Positions 19,654 to 29,021 of a DNA stretch of 64,000 bases are shown piece by piece; the stretch's first letter is position 1, and each line of letters begins with the position of its first letter. Below the pieces are notes generated by a model that saw only the letters and a list, made by a program, of their open reading frames with translations, did no database searches and was not told the DNA's origin. A program made the translations under genes and the position numbers. The stretch comes from Candidatus Ratteibacteria bacterium (GTDB taxonomy: Bacteria; Ratteibacteria; UBA8468; B48-G9; JAFGKM01), in assembly GCA_046296715.1 (NCBI GenBank), contig JBKBIN010000004.1, positions 1-64,000 of the forward strand, in the 5' to 3' direction.

Positions 19654-19682
19654 ATTATACTGTAAAAAAAAATCTTTGTCAA
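19654..19682 (-). promoter_or_regulatory. Consensus sigma70 promoter of the rpsO-pnp operon
   Basis: On the minus strand: TTGACA, 17 bp, TATAAT (perfect consensus). Confidence 0.85.
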
Positions 19683-19739
19683 TTTTGCGAATAAATGGTA
19701 AATTTATTATAAAAAATTTTGGTAAAAAGGTAAACAAAA

Positions 19740-20990
19740 ATGGGAATCTTTACAAAGCTAAGAGGAATGAGAGATATCTTGCCAGAAGAAATTGAGATTT
19801 GGAAAAAAGTTGAACAAAAATTTATTGAAATAAGTGAGTTGTTTGGATTTAGAGAAATAAGAATTCCTATTTTAGAAAGTAAATTTTTATTTGAAAAAGG
19901 AATTGGTAGAGATACAGATATAGTTATGAAAGAAATGTATGAATTTAAAGATAAAAAGGGTAGAGAAATTGTTTTAAGACCAGAAGGAACTGCTTCAGTT
20001 GTTAGGTCCTATATTGAAAATAAAATTTATGAGAAAAGAAAAATTGCAAGATTTTATTACCTTGGTCCAATGTTCAGATATGATAGACCTCAAAAAGGAA
20101 GATATAGACAATTTTATCAGTTTGGGATAGAGTGTTTTGGTGGTAAAAATTTTTATTTTGATGGAGAAATAATCCAAATTTTAAATATTGTTCTTGAGAA
20201 ACTAAATATCAGAGATTTTGTTTTTGTAATAAATTCTCTTGGATGTAAAAATTGCAAGGTTAAATATACAGAATATATAAAAAAGTATTTTGAAAATATT
20301 ATTGATGAACTTTGTAGTGTCTGTAAAATAAGAGCTAAAATTAATCCATTAAGAGTTTTTGATTGTAAAAATCATTCTTGCCAAAAAGCAATTGAAAAAA
20401 TAACGTCAATTTTTGATTTTTTATGTAGTGAATGTAAGCAACACTTTGATTTATTGGTAAGTTTTTTGAAAAATATGAATATAAATTTTAAAATAGATAA
20501 CAAACTTGTAAGGGGACTTGATTATTATACTAAAACAGTTTTTGAGGTATTTAGCAAAAGTCAAGATATTGCAATTGCTGGTGGTGGAAGATATGACTAT
20601 CTTGTTAAAGAAATGGGAGGACCTGATATTCCTGCTGTTGGATTTGCAGTAGGTATTGATAGAATAGTTAATCTTGTAAATCAAGAGAAAATTGAGAAAG
20701 ATGAAAGTGTTTATCTGATTTTTCTTGGAGAACAAGCAAGAATAAAAGGTTTTGATATAATGAAACAACTTATAGAAAATAAAATAAAAGTTGAAGCAGA
20801 TTATGAAGAAAGGTCAATAAGTGAACATTTAAGAATTGCAAATAAAAATGAAAAAAAATTATGTATAATTTTAGGCGAAAATGAAATAAAAAAGGGAGTT
20901 GTTATTGTTAAAAATATGGAGACAGGTTTTCAAGAAGAGGTAAAAGAAAAAGAAATTGTAAAAGTATTAAAAGAGAGGTTGAAATGTTAA
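19740..20990 (+). CDS. hisS: Histidine--tRNA ligase
   Basis: [40 protein letters not shown]. Confidence 0.97.
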   Translation: MGIFTKLRGMRDILPEEIEIWKKVEQKFIEISELFGFREIRIPILESKFLFEKGIGRDTDIVMKEMYEFKDKKGREIVLRPEGTASVVRSYIENKIYEKRKIARFYYLGPMFRYDRPQKGRYRQFYQFGIECFGGKNFYFDGEIIQILNIVLEKLNIRDFVFVINSLGCKNCKVKYTEYIKKYFENIIDELCSVCKIRAKINPLRVFDCKNHSCQKAIEKITSIFDFLCSECKQHFDLLVSFLKNMNINFKIDNKLVRGLDYYTKTVFEVFSKSQDIAIAGGGRYDYLVKEMGGPDIPAVGFAVGIDRIVNLVNQEKIEKDESVYLIFLGEQARIKGFDIMKQLIENKIKVEADYEERSISEHLRIANKNEKKLCIILGENEIKKGVVIVKNMETGFQEEVKEKEIVKVLKERLKC

Positions 20991-22753
20991 GGACTCATAC
21001 ATGTAATGAATTATCAAGAAAAAATATTGGTGAAAAAGTAAAATTGTGTGGTTGGGTTCATTCAGTTAGAGATCATGGGAATCTAAAGTTTATTGATTTA
21101 AGAGATAGATATGGAATTACACAAATTGTTTGTTCTTCTGAAGAAGTCCCGGAAGAAATTTGGAATAAGTTGGAAGAATTAAAAAATGAGTTTGTTATTT
21201 ATATTGAAGGTTTTGTTGTTGAAAGACCTAAAGAAACTGTAAACAAAAAGATAAATACAGGAGAAATTGAGGTTAAACTTTTAAATTTTCAAGTTTTAAA
21301 TGAAAGTAAAAACTTACCTTTTGAAATTGAAGAGAAAGAAAAAATAAGTGAAACTTTACGACTTAAATATAGATATATTGATATGAGAAATCCCGATTTT
21401 CAAAAAAATTTAATAAAAAGGTCTGATTTTTTGTTTTATGTAAGAGAATTTTTAAGAAAAGAGAATTTTGTGGAAATTGAAACACCTATTTTGACCAAAA
21501 GCACTCCAGAGGGCGCAAGAGATTTTATTGTCCCTTCAAGATTAAATCCTGGTAAATTTTATGCATTACCACAATCACCACAACTTTTTAAACAAATTTT
21601 AATGATAGGAGGATTTGATAGATATTATCAAATAGCGAAATGTTTTAGAGATGAGGATCTAAGAGCTGATAGACAACCTGAATTTACACAGATTGATATT
21701 GAAATGTCTTTTATTGAAGAAGATGATATTATCTCAATAGTTGAAAATCTTTTGAAATATGCAATAGAAAAGACATTTGAAATTAAAGTTGAAATACCTT
21801 TTAAAAGGATATCTTATAATGATGCGATTGAAAAATATGGAACAGATACACCAGATATAAGATTAAATACAGAATTTGTTAATTTGACAAAAATTTTTGA
21901 AAAAAGCGAAATTAGAATTTTTAAGGAAATTATAGAAAATAAAGGTTTAATTAAGGGATTTTTTATAAAAGATGGGGAAAAATTTACCTTAAAAAACATT
22001 GATGAATGTAATGAATTTGTTAAAAATTCAGGTGGTAATGGAATTGGATGGATAAGATTTAAGAAAGAGGAAATTCAAAGCCCATTAAAAAAATTTCTTT
22101 CAGAAAACATTATAAGTGAAATTAAAAATTTGTCACCTTATAAAACTTTTAATGAGGTTTTGTTGTTTTTAGGAGGTGAGAAAAATTGGGTGAATGAAAC
22201 ACTTAAAAATTTAATTGATAAAATTAAAGGGAAACTGATTGAAACAAAAGAACAATTTTCATTTGTTTGGATTGTTGATTTTCCACTTTTTGAATACAAT
22301 CATGAAGAAAGAAGAATTCAATCTGTTCATCATCCTTTTACATCTCCTAAAATAGATGATATTGAAATTCTTGAAAAAGAACCACTAAAAGTAAGATCGA
22401 GAGCATATGATATTGTACTAAATGGGATAGAAATTGGTGGCGGAAGTATAAGAATTAATAAAAGAGAACTTCAGGAAAAAGTTTTTAAAATTATTGGGCT
22501 GGAAGAGAATATCTATTTGGAGAGATTTGGATTCTTGCTTGAAGCACTTGAATATGGTGCTCCGCCTCACGGAGGAATCGCTATTGGAGTAGACAGATTG
22601 TTAATGATTTTACTTGGAGAGGAAAGTATCAGAGAAACAATTGCTTTTCCAAAAACTCAGAAAGGAGTGTGTCTTTTAACTGATGCTCCTGGTGAGGTAG
22701 AATACAATTTACTAAAAGAAAATAAAATTAGAATTGACATTCCAGAAAAATGA
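20984..22753 (+). CDS. aspS: Aspartate--tRNA ligase (possibly non-discriminating Asp/Asn)
   Basis: RTHTC, RDHG, STPEGARDF, ALPQSPQLFKQ, FRDEDLRADRQPEF, GAPPHGG. Confidence 0.97.
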   Translation: MLRTHTCNELSRKNIGEKVKLCGWVHSVRDHGNLKFIDLRDRYGITQIVCSSEEVPEEIWNKLEELKNEFVIYIEGFVVERPKETVNKKINTGEIEVKLLNFQVLNESKNLPFEIEEKEKISETLRLKYRYIDMRNPDFQKNLIKRSDFLFYVREFLRKENFVEIETPILTKSTPEGARDFIVPSRLNPGKFYALPQSPQLFKQILMIGGFDRYYQIAKCFRDEDLRADRQPEFTQIDIEMSFIEEDDIISIVENLLKYAIEKTFEIKVEIPFKRISYNDAIEKYGTDTPDIRLNTEFVNLTKIFEKSEIRIFKEIIENKGLIKGFFIKDGEKFTLKNIDECNEFVKNSGGNGIGWIRFKKEEIQSPLKKFLSENIISEIKNLSPYKTFNEVLLFLGGEKNWVNETLKNLIDKIKGKLIETKEQFSFVWIVDFPLFEYNHEERRIQSVHHPFTSPKIDDIEILEKEPLKVRSRAYDIVLNGIEIGGGSIRINKRELQEKVFKIIGLEENIYLERFGFLLEALEYGAPPHGGIAIGVDRLLMILLGEESIRETIAFPKTQKGVCLLTDAPGEVEYNLLKENKIRIDIPEK

Positions 22754-22762
22754 TGATAATCT
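22734..22762 (+). promoter_or_regulatory. Putative sigma70 promoter for the LysM lipoprotein-phoH operon, overlapping the aspS 3' end
   Basis: TTGACA at 22734, 17-bp spacer, TG-a-TAATCT. Confidence 0.5.
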
Positions 22763-22792
22763 TTTTTATAAAGAATTAATTTGGAGGGAAAA

Positions 22793-23611
22793 ATGAAAAA
22801 AAGTGGGTTATTTATGAGTATTTTTTTAATTTTGACTGGTTGTGCTATGTATCAAACCAAAAAAGAGATAGAACCAAAAAAATCTTTTGAAGAAATGGTT
22901 GAAATTAAATTAAAACAAATTTTGGCAATAGCAGAAACATCTCTTGAAATTAGTAAAAATGCTGAAAAATTATCAATAGAGGCGTTAAATACAAGTAATC
23001 AGGCAAAGGCAAATTCTGAAGTTGCAATAAAAAAGGTAGATGAAGCAATAGAAGCAACAAATCAAGTGAAAAAATTTACCGAAAGTGAAGTTCAGAAAGC
23101 AATAGATGCAGCAAATAAAGCATCACAAGAAGCAATTAAAGCGGCAAATGAAGCGTCTCAGAAAGCAATAGATAAAGCAACTGAGGCAATAAATGCGGCA
23201 AATGAAGCCTCCGAAAAAGCAATTAAAGCGGCAAATGAAGCCTCCGAAAAAGCAATTAAAGCGGCAAATGAAGCCTCCGAAAAAGCAATTAAAGCGGCAA
23301 ATGAAGCCTCCGAAAAAGCAATTAAAGCGGCAAATGAAGCAACAGAAAGATCAATAGCAGTTGCAAATCAAACAATTTCAGAAATTAATAAATTAAGAGC
23401 AACTATTGAGATGAAACCTCCTGAACCAATAATAGAAGAAGAACCAAAGTATGGAAAATATTATGTAATTCAGAAAGGAGATACATTAAAAAAGATTGCT
23501 TATAAATTTTACAACGATACTTCAAAATGGCAAGTGATATATCAAGCAAACAAAAAAATTATAAAAAATCCTGAAAATTTAACTCCTGGTGTAAAAATAT
23601 ACATTCCATAA
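22793..23611 (+). CDS. Lipoprotein with a long Ala-rich coiled coil and a C-terminal LysM domain
   Basis: GGAGG RBS; signal peptide with lipobox LTGC; (AIKAANEASEK)n repeats; YVIQKGDTLKKIA..FY....W..IY.AN...IKNP..L.PG..I.IP LysM. Confidence 0.88.
   Translation: MKKSGLFMSIFLILTGCAMYQTKKEIEPKKSFEEMVEIKLKQILAIAETSLEISKNAEKLSIEALNTSNQAKANSEVAIKKVDEAIEATNQVKKFTESEVQKAIDAANKASQEAIKAANEASQKAIDKATEAINAANEASEKAIKAANEASEKAIKAANEASEKAIKAANEASEKAIKAANEATERSIAVANQTISEINKLRATIEMKPPEPIIEEEPKYGKYYVIQKGDTLKKIAYKFYNDTSKWQVIYQANKKIIKNPENLTPGVKIYIP
23195..23340 (+). repeat. 33-bp in-frame tandem repeat: 4 perfect copies plus a partial copy
   Basis: GCGGCAAATGAAGCCTCCGAAAAAGCAATTAAA starts at 23195, 23228, 23261 and 23294, with a partial copy at 23327; degenerate copies lie upstream. 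Confidence 0.95.
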
Positions 23612-24619
23612 ATGATTGTAAAAAAACAAATTGAAATTTCAAATGAAGAAGCACAATTCCTTTATGGGGTGAGGGATGAGAATCTTGAATTTATTGAAAA
23701 TTTATTTGGAATAGAAATCTTTGCAAGGGGGAATTTACTTACTTTTAAAGGAGAAAGTCAAAAAATAGAAAAAGCAATAGATCTTTTAAATCAAATTTTG
23801 AAAAATAGAGGGAAAAAGAAATATATTACAAAAAATGATATTCTTATGAGTTTAGAACAAAAACAAATAAAAGAGGAGGAAAAAGAAAACAAACAGGAAG
23901 AAGAAAGTGCTATATTGATAAATTCAAAAAAAAATTATGTAATTCCCAAAACTCCCACTCAAAGAAAATATGTTGAAGCAATACGAAAATACGATCTTGT
24001 TGTTGGAATAGGACCTGCAGGTACAGGAAAAACATATCTTGCAGTTGCTTGTGGTATAGAGGCGATAAAAAAGGGATACTTTCAAAAGATTATTCTTACA
24101 AGACCTGCACTTGAAGCAGGAGAGCGACTTGGTTTTTTACCCGGAGACCTTGAGGAAAAAATTAAACCCTATCTTCAACCAATTTATGATGCTATTTATG
24201 ATTTGATGAAATATGAGGAACTTAGAAGATGGCAAGAAAGGAAAATTATAGAAATTATTCCACTTGCTTATATGAGAGGAAGGACTTTGAGTAATGCTTT
24301 TATAATTCTTGATGAAGCACAAAATACAAGTTTTGCTCAAATGAAAATGTTTTTGACCCGTCTTGGTATTGATTCAAAAATTGTTATAACTGGTGATATA
24401 ACTCAAATTGACCATCCATTAACTTTTGCTACTTCAGGGCTTGTTGAAGTGCAAAAAATTTTATCAAATATTAGAGGGATTAAGTTTATTTATTTTACTA
24501 ATAAAGATGTTGTAAGGCATAAACTTGTAAAGAAAATAATAAATGCCTATGAACAATATTATAAGTCAAGAAATGGAAATAGAAATAATACACAAAGTGA
24601 GGAAAATAAAAGTAAATAA
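23612..24619 (+). CDS. phoH: PhoH-family ATPase
   Basis: GPAGTGKTYLA, LGFLPGDL, PLAYMRGRTL, LDEAQN, GDITQID, DVVRH. Confidence 0.95.
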   Translation: MIVKKQIEISNEEAQFLYGVRDENLEFIENLFGIEIFARGNLLTFKGESQKIEKAIDLLNQILKNRGKKKYITKNDILMSLEQKQIKEEEKENKQEEESAILINSKKNYVIPKTPTQRKYVEAIRKYDLVVGIGPAGTGKTYLAVACGIEAIKKGYFQKIILTRPALEAGERLGFLPGDLEEKIKPYLQPIYDAIYDLMKYEELRRWQERKIIEIIPLAYMRGRTLSNAFIILDEAQNTSFAQMKMFLTRLGIDSKIVITGDITQIDHPLTFATSGLVEVQKILSNIRGIKFIYFTNKDVVRHKLVKKIINAYEQYYKSRNGNRNNTQSEENKSK

Positions 24620-24977
24620 AGAATTTTTGAAAGATAAACTGGATAAACTAAAAAAAATTATTAAATCACCACCAAAAAAGGTAATAGTTTATTTAGTTAA
24701 TAATAGAACAATAAAATCCCTCAATAGAAAATTTTTTAAAAAAAATACTTCTACAGACATTATTTCTTTTAAATATTCAAGAGATTTTGGGGAATTAATA
24801 GTTTCAATTGAACAATGTAATGAGAATGCCAAAATCTATAACCACACACTTGAGCAAGAACTTGTTTATGTGATAATTCATGGTATTTTACATTTAAAGG
24901 GTTACAAGGATTCTAAAGAAAAAGAAAAAAAAGAAATGTTTTTGAAACAGGATAAAATTTTTTATTCTATTATATAA
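24573..24977 (+). CDS. ybeY: rRNA maturation endoribonuclease YbeY
   Basis: LNRKF...TDIISF, GELIVS, HGILHLKGY; sits between phoH and dgkA. Confidence 0.88.
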   Translation: MEIEIIHKVRKIKVNKEFLKDKLDKLKKIIKSPPKKVIVYLVNNRTIKSLNRKFFKKNTSTDIISFKYSRDFGELIVSIEQCNENAKIYNHTLEQELVYVIIHGILHLKGYKDSKEKEKKEMFLKQDKIFYSII

Positions 24978-24980
24978 AAA

Positions 24981-25700
24981 ATGAAGAGTAAAAAAAATTC
25001 CTCAATACTTGCAAGTTTTGATTCTGCTTTTAATGGATTACTGTATGTTTTTAAAAGAGAAAGAAATTTTAAGATTCATATTTTTGTAAGTATTATAGTA
25101 ATTTTACTATCTCTCTTTTTGCATGTCCCTTTAACTGAAACTTTGATAATTATTATTTTTATTTCGCTTGTGATCGTTTCTGAAATAATAAATACTACAA
25201 TTGAAATTCTCTCAGAAAATATTGATGAAGAAAAGTATAATATTATAAAAACAGTTAAAGATGTTTCTGCTTCTGCTGTATTAATATCTTCTATCTTTGC
25301 TTTTATAAGTGGCTATTTAATTTTTATAAAATTTTTTCCTAAGGGTATTAGGAATATTTTTGAAAACATTGCCAGTTCCTCATGGTATTTTACTTTTTTT
25401 ACGCTTGTCATTGTAATATTTTTAACAATCCTTCTAAAAATTTTAACAAGAGAAAGTTTTACTTTAGCAGGTGGTATGCCAAGTATTCATAGTGGGATTG
25501 CTTTTAGTATTTGGACTGCAATTTCTTTTTTAACATTTAAAGATTATCCAGTAATTTCACCTCTTGTTTTCTTACTTGCTTTTTGGGTAGCTCAAAGTAG
25601 AGTATCAAAGAAAATTCATTCTATTGAAGAAGTAATTATTGGTGGAATAATAGGAATATTTGTTACTATATTGTTTTTTCAAATCTTATGGAGGCAATAG
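24981..25700 (+). CDS. DgkA-type (undecaprenol/diacylglycerol) kinase fused to a PAP2-like phosphatase domain
   Basis: ERNFKIH, EIINTTIE, KDVSASAVL; C-terminal GGMPSIHS and QSRV..KIHSIEEVIIGG. Confidence 0.82.
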   Translation: MKSKKNSSILASFDSAFNGLLYVFKRERNFKIHIFVSIIVILLSLFLHVPLTETLIIIIFISLVIVSEIINTTIEILSENIDEEKYNIIKTVKDVSASAVLISSIFAFISGYLIFIKFFPKGIRNIFENIASSSWYFTFFTLVIVIFLTILLKILTRESFTLAGGMPSIHSGIAFSIWTAISFLTFKDYPVISPLVFLLAFWVAQSRVSKKIHSIEEVIIGGIIGIFVTILFFQILWRQ

Positions 25701-26255
25701 ATGAAAACATTAAGAAAACATTTTATTTCTGGAATAATTTTTATAATTCCTGTTTCTCTATCTATTTGGATTTTATTCAGAGTATTTCTTTTTTTAGAGA
25801 ATATACTTGGAAATTTTTTTAGAAGATTTTTTCCTAATATATATACGCCTGGAATTGGATTAATTTCTTTAATTATTCTTATTTTATTTATCGGTTTTCT
25901 TGCAAATAATTTTTTTGGAAAAAAGGTCCTTAAGTTAATAGAAATACTTTTTGAGAATATTCCATTTTTAAATAAAATTTTTTCTTTTTTAAAAAGTGTT
26001 GTTCAAAAAATTACAGAGGATAAAAAACAAGTATTTAAAGGAGTTGTAAAAATTAAATTACCAGGCGATTCATATACTTTAGGATTTATTACAAAAGAAA
26101 AAAAAGAAAGTAAAAATATTTATGTTTTTGTTCCTACAGTTCCTAATATAAGTACTGGATTTATTTTAGTAGTGCCGGAAGATAAAATTGAAAAAATGGA
26201 TATATCAGTAGAAGATGCTTTAAAATTAATTATTTCTATGGGAATTTTTGAGTAG
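25701..26255 (+). CDS. DUF502-family membrane protein
   Basis: FISG...IP, PGIG, LGFIT, VFVPTVPNISTGF, MDISVEDALKLIISMG. Confidence 0.85.
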   Translation: MKTLRKHFISGIIFIIPVSLSIWILFRVFLFLENILGNFFRRFFPNIYTPGIGLISLIILILFIGFLANNFFGKKVLKLIEILFENIPFLNKIFSFLKSVVQKITEDKKQVFKGVVKIKLPGDSYTLGFITKEKKESKNIYVFVPTVPNISTGFILVVPEDKIEKMDISVEDALKLIISMGIFE

Positions 26256-26260
26256 AAAAA

Positions 26261-27001
26261 ATGCCTCCAGTATTAACTGAGGGTTTTGTTTTGAAAAAAA
26301 TCAATTTCAGAGAAACAAGTGTAATACTAACCTTATTTACAAAAGATTTTGGAAAAATCAAAGGTGTTTTGAAAGGAGTTAGAAAACAGGACAGTAAAAT
26401 ACCTCCTTTGACCTTTAATGAAGGTGCATATATATCAACCCTTGTTTATAGAAGAAAATCTGATTTAAATCTTTTTAGTTCACCAAGTTTAATTAACTTT
26501 TTTTATTTTGAAGATAAATTATCTTCTGCGATATTTCTATATATTTTAAAACTTGTCGATCTTTTTAGTCCTGAAATGCAAAAAGAAGAAAATATTTTCT
26601 ACCTTTTACAATATACTGTAGGAAGTTTGAAGCAGAATAAGAAAAAGTATTTAGTTTTTCTTTTTTTTAAAATAAAGTTTATAGAATTTCTTGGATATGG
26701 AATAAAAGTTGACAGTTGTTGTATATGTGGAAAAGAGAATAAAAAATATTTTTTTTCTCCCAAAAAAGGAGGGCTACTATGTGAAAAATGCAGGAAAGAA
26801 GATTTAAATTGTGTTAAAATATCCAATAAGTTAATTTCAATAATAAAGTTTATTAAAAAAGTTTATTTGAAAAATTTTGAAATCCTGAAAATTAATAAAA
26901 TTGATGCAGAAAAAATAAATTATCTATGCAATTTAGTTTTTTATTATCATTCAAACTTAAATTTTATATGGTGGAAAAATGAGAAAAATATATTCAGATG
27001 A
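26261..27001 (+). CDS. recO: DNA repair protein RecO
   Basis: EGFVLK...RETSVILTLFTKDFGKI..V.KGVRK; Zn motif CCICG...GGLLCEKC. Confidence 0.9.
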   Translation: MPPVLTEGFVLKKINFRETSVILTLFTKDFGKIKGVLKGVRKQDSKIPPLTFNEGAYISTLVYRRKSDLNLFSSPSLINFFYFEDKLSSAIFLYILKLVDLFSPEMQKEENIFYLLQYTVGSLKQNKKKYLVFLFFKIKFIEFLGYGIKVDSCCICGKENKKYFFSPKKGGLLCEKCRKEDLNCVKISNKLISIIKFIKKVYLKNFEILKINKIDAEKINYLCNLVFYYHSNLNFIWWKNEKNIFR

Positions 27002-27818
27002 AATTATTGAGAAGATTTCTGAAACAATAATAAAAATTAATTATGAACTTCCAAAAGAGATAAAAAATTATATTAAAACTGCTTGTAAAAATGAAACTGA
27101 TAAGTATTCAAAGAAATACCTTGAAATTATTCTTGAAAATATTGAAATTGCTGAAAAGAAAAGAATGCCAATTTGTCAAGATACAGGACTTCCTGTTGTA
27201 TTTGTTGAAATGGGAATGGATATAAAAATAGAGAAAGGGAAATATAAAAGTTTAGAAGAAATTATAAATGAAGGTATTAAAAGAGGGAGTAAAAAAGGTT
27301 ATTTAAGAAAGTCAATTGTGAGTGTAATAGAAAGAGAAAATACTGGAACTAATACCCCTTGTGTTATTCATTTTTTTTTGAATGATAGTGATAAATTAAA
27401 ATTCACAATAATAGCAAAGGGTTTTGGTTCCGAGAATAAGAGTAGAATAAAGATGTTAAATCCATCGGATGGAAAAAAGGGAATAGAAAATTTTATTATT
27501 GAAACAGTTAAAAAAGCAGGTAGTTTTCCTTGTCCGCCTTTATTTATAGGTGTTGGAATTGGTGGTTCTTTTGAAAAAGCAGCAATACTTTCCAAATATG
27601 CTTTATGTAAAATAGGTAAAGAAGATTCTAAATATAGGGATTGGGAAAAAGAAATTATATTTAAAATAAATAAACTTAGAATAGGACCATCTGGTTTTGG
27701 TGGTGATATTACTGCACTTGATTTAAAAATTGAAACATATCCTACACATATAGCAGGACTGCCTGTTGCAGTAAACTTATGTTGTTGGGCTCATAGAATT
27801 GGGAGTTTTGAAATATGA
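26979..27818 (+). CDS. Class I fumarate hydratase / tartrate dehydratase, alpha subunit
   Basis: PICQDTG, KGFGSEN, PCPP, GVGIGG, HIAGLPVAVNLCCWAHR. Confidence 0.92.
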   Translation: MRKIYSDEIIEKISETIIKINYELPKEIKNYIKTACKNETDKYSKKYLEIILENIEIAEKKRMPICQDTGLPVVFVEMGMDIKIEKGKYKSLEEIINEGIKRGSKKGYLRKSIVSVIERENTGTNTPCVIHFFLNDSDKLKFTIIAKGFGSENKSRIKMLNPSDGKKGIENFIIETVKKAGSFPCPPLFIGVGIGGSFEKAAILSKYALCKIGKEDSKYRDWEKEIIFKINKLRIGPSGFGGDITALDLKIETYPTHIAGLPVAVNLCCWAHRIGSFEI

Positions 27819-28381
27819 AAAATATATGTTTCCCTTTAGAAAATGAAAAAGATCTGGAAAACTTTAAAGTAGGTGATTATGTTTTGATAAATGGTAAAGT
27901 TCTTACAGCAAGGGATGCAGCCCATAAAAAACTGATTGAAATTATAAAAGCAGGAAAAGCACTTCCTATAAATATAAAAAATAACTTAATTTATTATACA
28001 GGTCCTTCACCTACTCCAAAAGGAAAAATTGTAGGTTCAATTGGACCTACAACAAGTGAAAGGATGGATAATCTAACTATTCCTTTATTAAAATATGGAT
28101 TGAAAGCAACAATGGGTAAAGGAGAGAGAGGTAAAAAAATTGTTGAAAGTTGTAAAATTTTTAAAGCAATCTATCTTATTACTTATGGCGGATGTGGTGC
28201 TTATTTAAGTCAGTTTGTCAAAAGAATTAGGCTTTTATGTTTTGAAGAACTTGGACCTGAAGGTATTTATGAACTTGAAGTTATAAATTTTCCTGCAATA
28301 GTGTGTATAGATATTTATGGCAATAATTTTTATGATTTTAAGAGGTATAACAAAAATAGCGGCCATAGTTCAATTGGATAG
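27815..28381 (+). CDS. Class I fumarate hydratase / tartrate dehydratase, beta subunit
   Basis: TARDAAHK, YYTGP, GPTTSERMD, MGKG, ELGPEG. Confidence 0.92.
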   Translation: MKNICFPLENEKDLENFKVGDYVLINGKVLTARDAAHKKLIEIIKAGKALPINIKNNLIYYTGPSPTPKGKIVGSIGPTTSERMDNLTIPLLKYGLKATMGKGERGKKIVESCKIFKAIYLITYGGCGAYLSQFVKRIRLLCFEELGPEGIYELEVINFPAIVCIDIYGNNFYDFKRYNKNSGHSSIG

Positions 28382-28432
28382 AACATCGGGTTGCGGACCC
28401 GAAAGTTGCCCGTTCAAGTCGGGCTGGCCGCA
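28359..28432 (+). tRNA. tRNA-Arg (anticodon GCG)
   Basis: Acceptor stem GCGGCCA/TGGCCGC, anticodon arm TCGGG-TTGCGGA-CCCGA, T arm GCCCG-TTCAAGT-CGGGC; no encoded CCA. Confidence 0.93.
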
Positions 28433-28436
28433 GTTT

Positions 28437-28512
28437 CGGGGTGTAGCTCAGTTTGGTTGAGAGCGCTTGGTTCGGGACCAAGAGGTCTCCGGTTCAAATC
28501 CGGACACCCCGA
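28437..28512 (+). tRNA. tRNA-Pro (anticodon CGG)
   Basis: Acceptor stem CGGGGTG/CACCCCG, anticodon arm CTTGG-TTCGGGA-CCAAG, T arm TCCGG-TTCAAAT-CCGGA; no encoded CCA. Confidence 0.95.
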
Positions 28513-28525
28513 TTTTTTAAATAAA

Positions 28526-29020
28526 TCATGATTGTGACGTCAACTCTTTCAGTTTTTTTTCATAATATTTTTTTTCTTGTTCAGAAGCATAGTCAATTAT
28601 CAAAATCCCATTCAAGTGGTCAATCTCATGTTGAAAACACCTTGCTAATAAATCTTTCCCTTCAATTATTATCTCTTTTCCATTTTCATTTATGCCTTTA
28701 ATAGTAACCATTTTATTTCTATTAATTGAAAAATAAATTTCGGGAAAACTTAAACAACCTTCAAAATCTATTATTTCTTCCTGATTTTTATCAACTATTT
28801 CTGGGTTTATAACTGTAATTAAATTCCCTTTTTCTTTGTCATAAGCAATAAAAATTCTTTTTAAGATACCAACTTGATTTGCGGCTAACCCAAGTCCTTT
28901 AACAGAAATTAATGTCTCTTTCATTGATTTTATTAGTTTTCTAACTTTATCATCAATATCTTTAACCTCTTCGGCTCTTTTTCTTAAAATATTTTCTCCA
29001 TACTTTCTTATTTTTCTCAT
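28526..29020 (-). CDS. def: Peptide deformylase
   Basis: GLGLAANQVG, EGCLS, QHEIDHLNG. Confidence 0.97.
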   Translation of the reverse strand: MRKIRKYGENILRKRAEEVKDIDDKVRKLIKSMKETLISVKGLGLAANQVGILKRIFIAYDKEKGNLITVINPEIVDKNQEEIIDFEGCLSFPEIYFSINRNKMVTIKGINENGKEIIIEGKDLLARCFQHEIDHLNGILIIDYASEQEKKYYEKKLKELTSQS

Positions 29021-29021
29021 T

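Noticed and set aside
19618..19737. N-terminal extensions in the ORF track (rpsO 128 aa, clpB 887 aa, nfeD 451 aa, TPR protein 340 aa)
   Set aside because: Downstream ATGs with RBS match the family N-termini; the extensions run through promoters or neighbouring genes.
23195..23340. 33-bp repeats as a CRISPR array
   Set aside because: The copies are head-to-tail with no spacers, lie in frame within a coding sequence, and there are no cas genes in the window.
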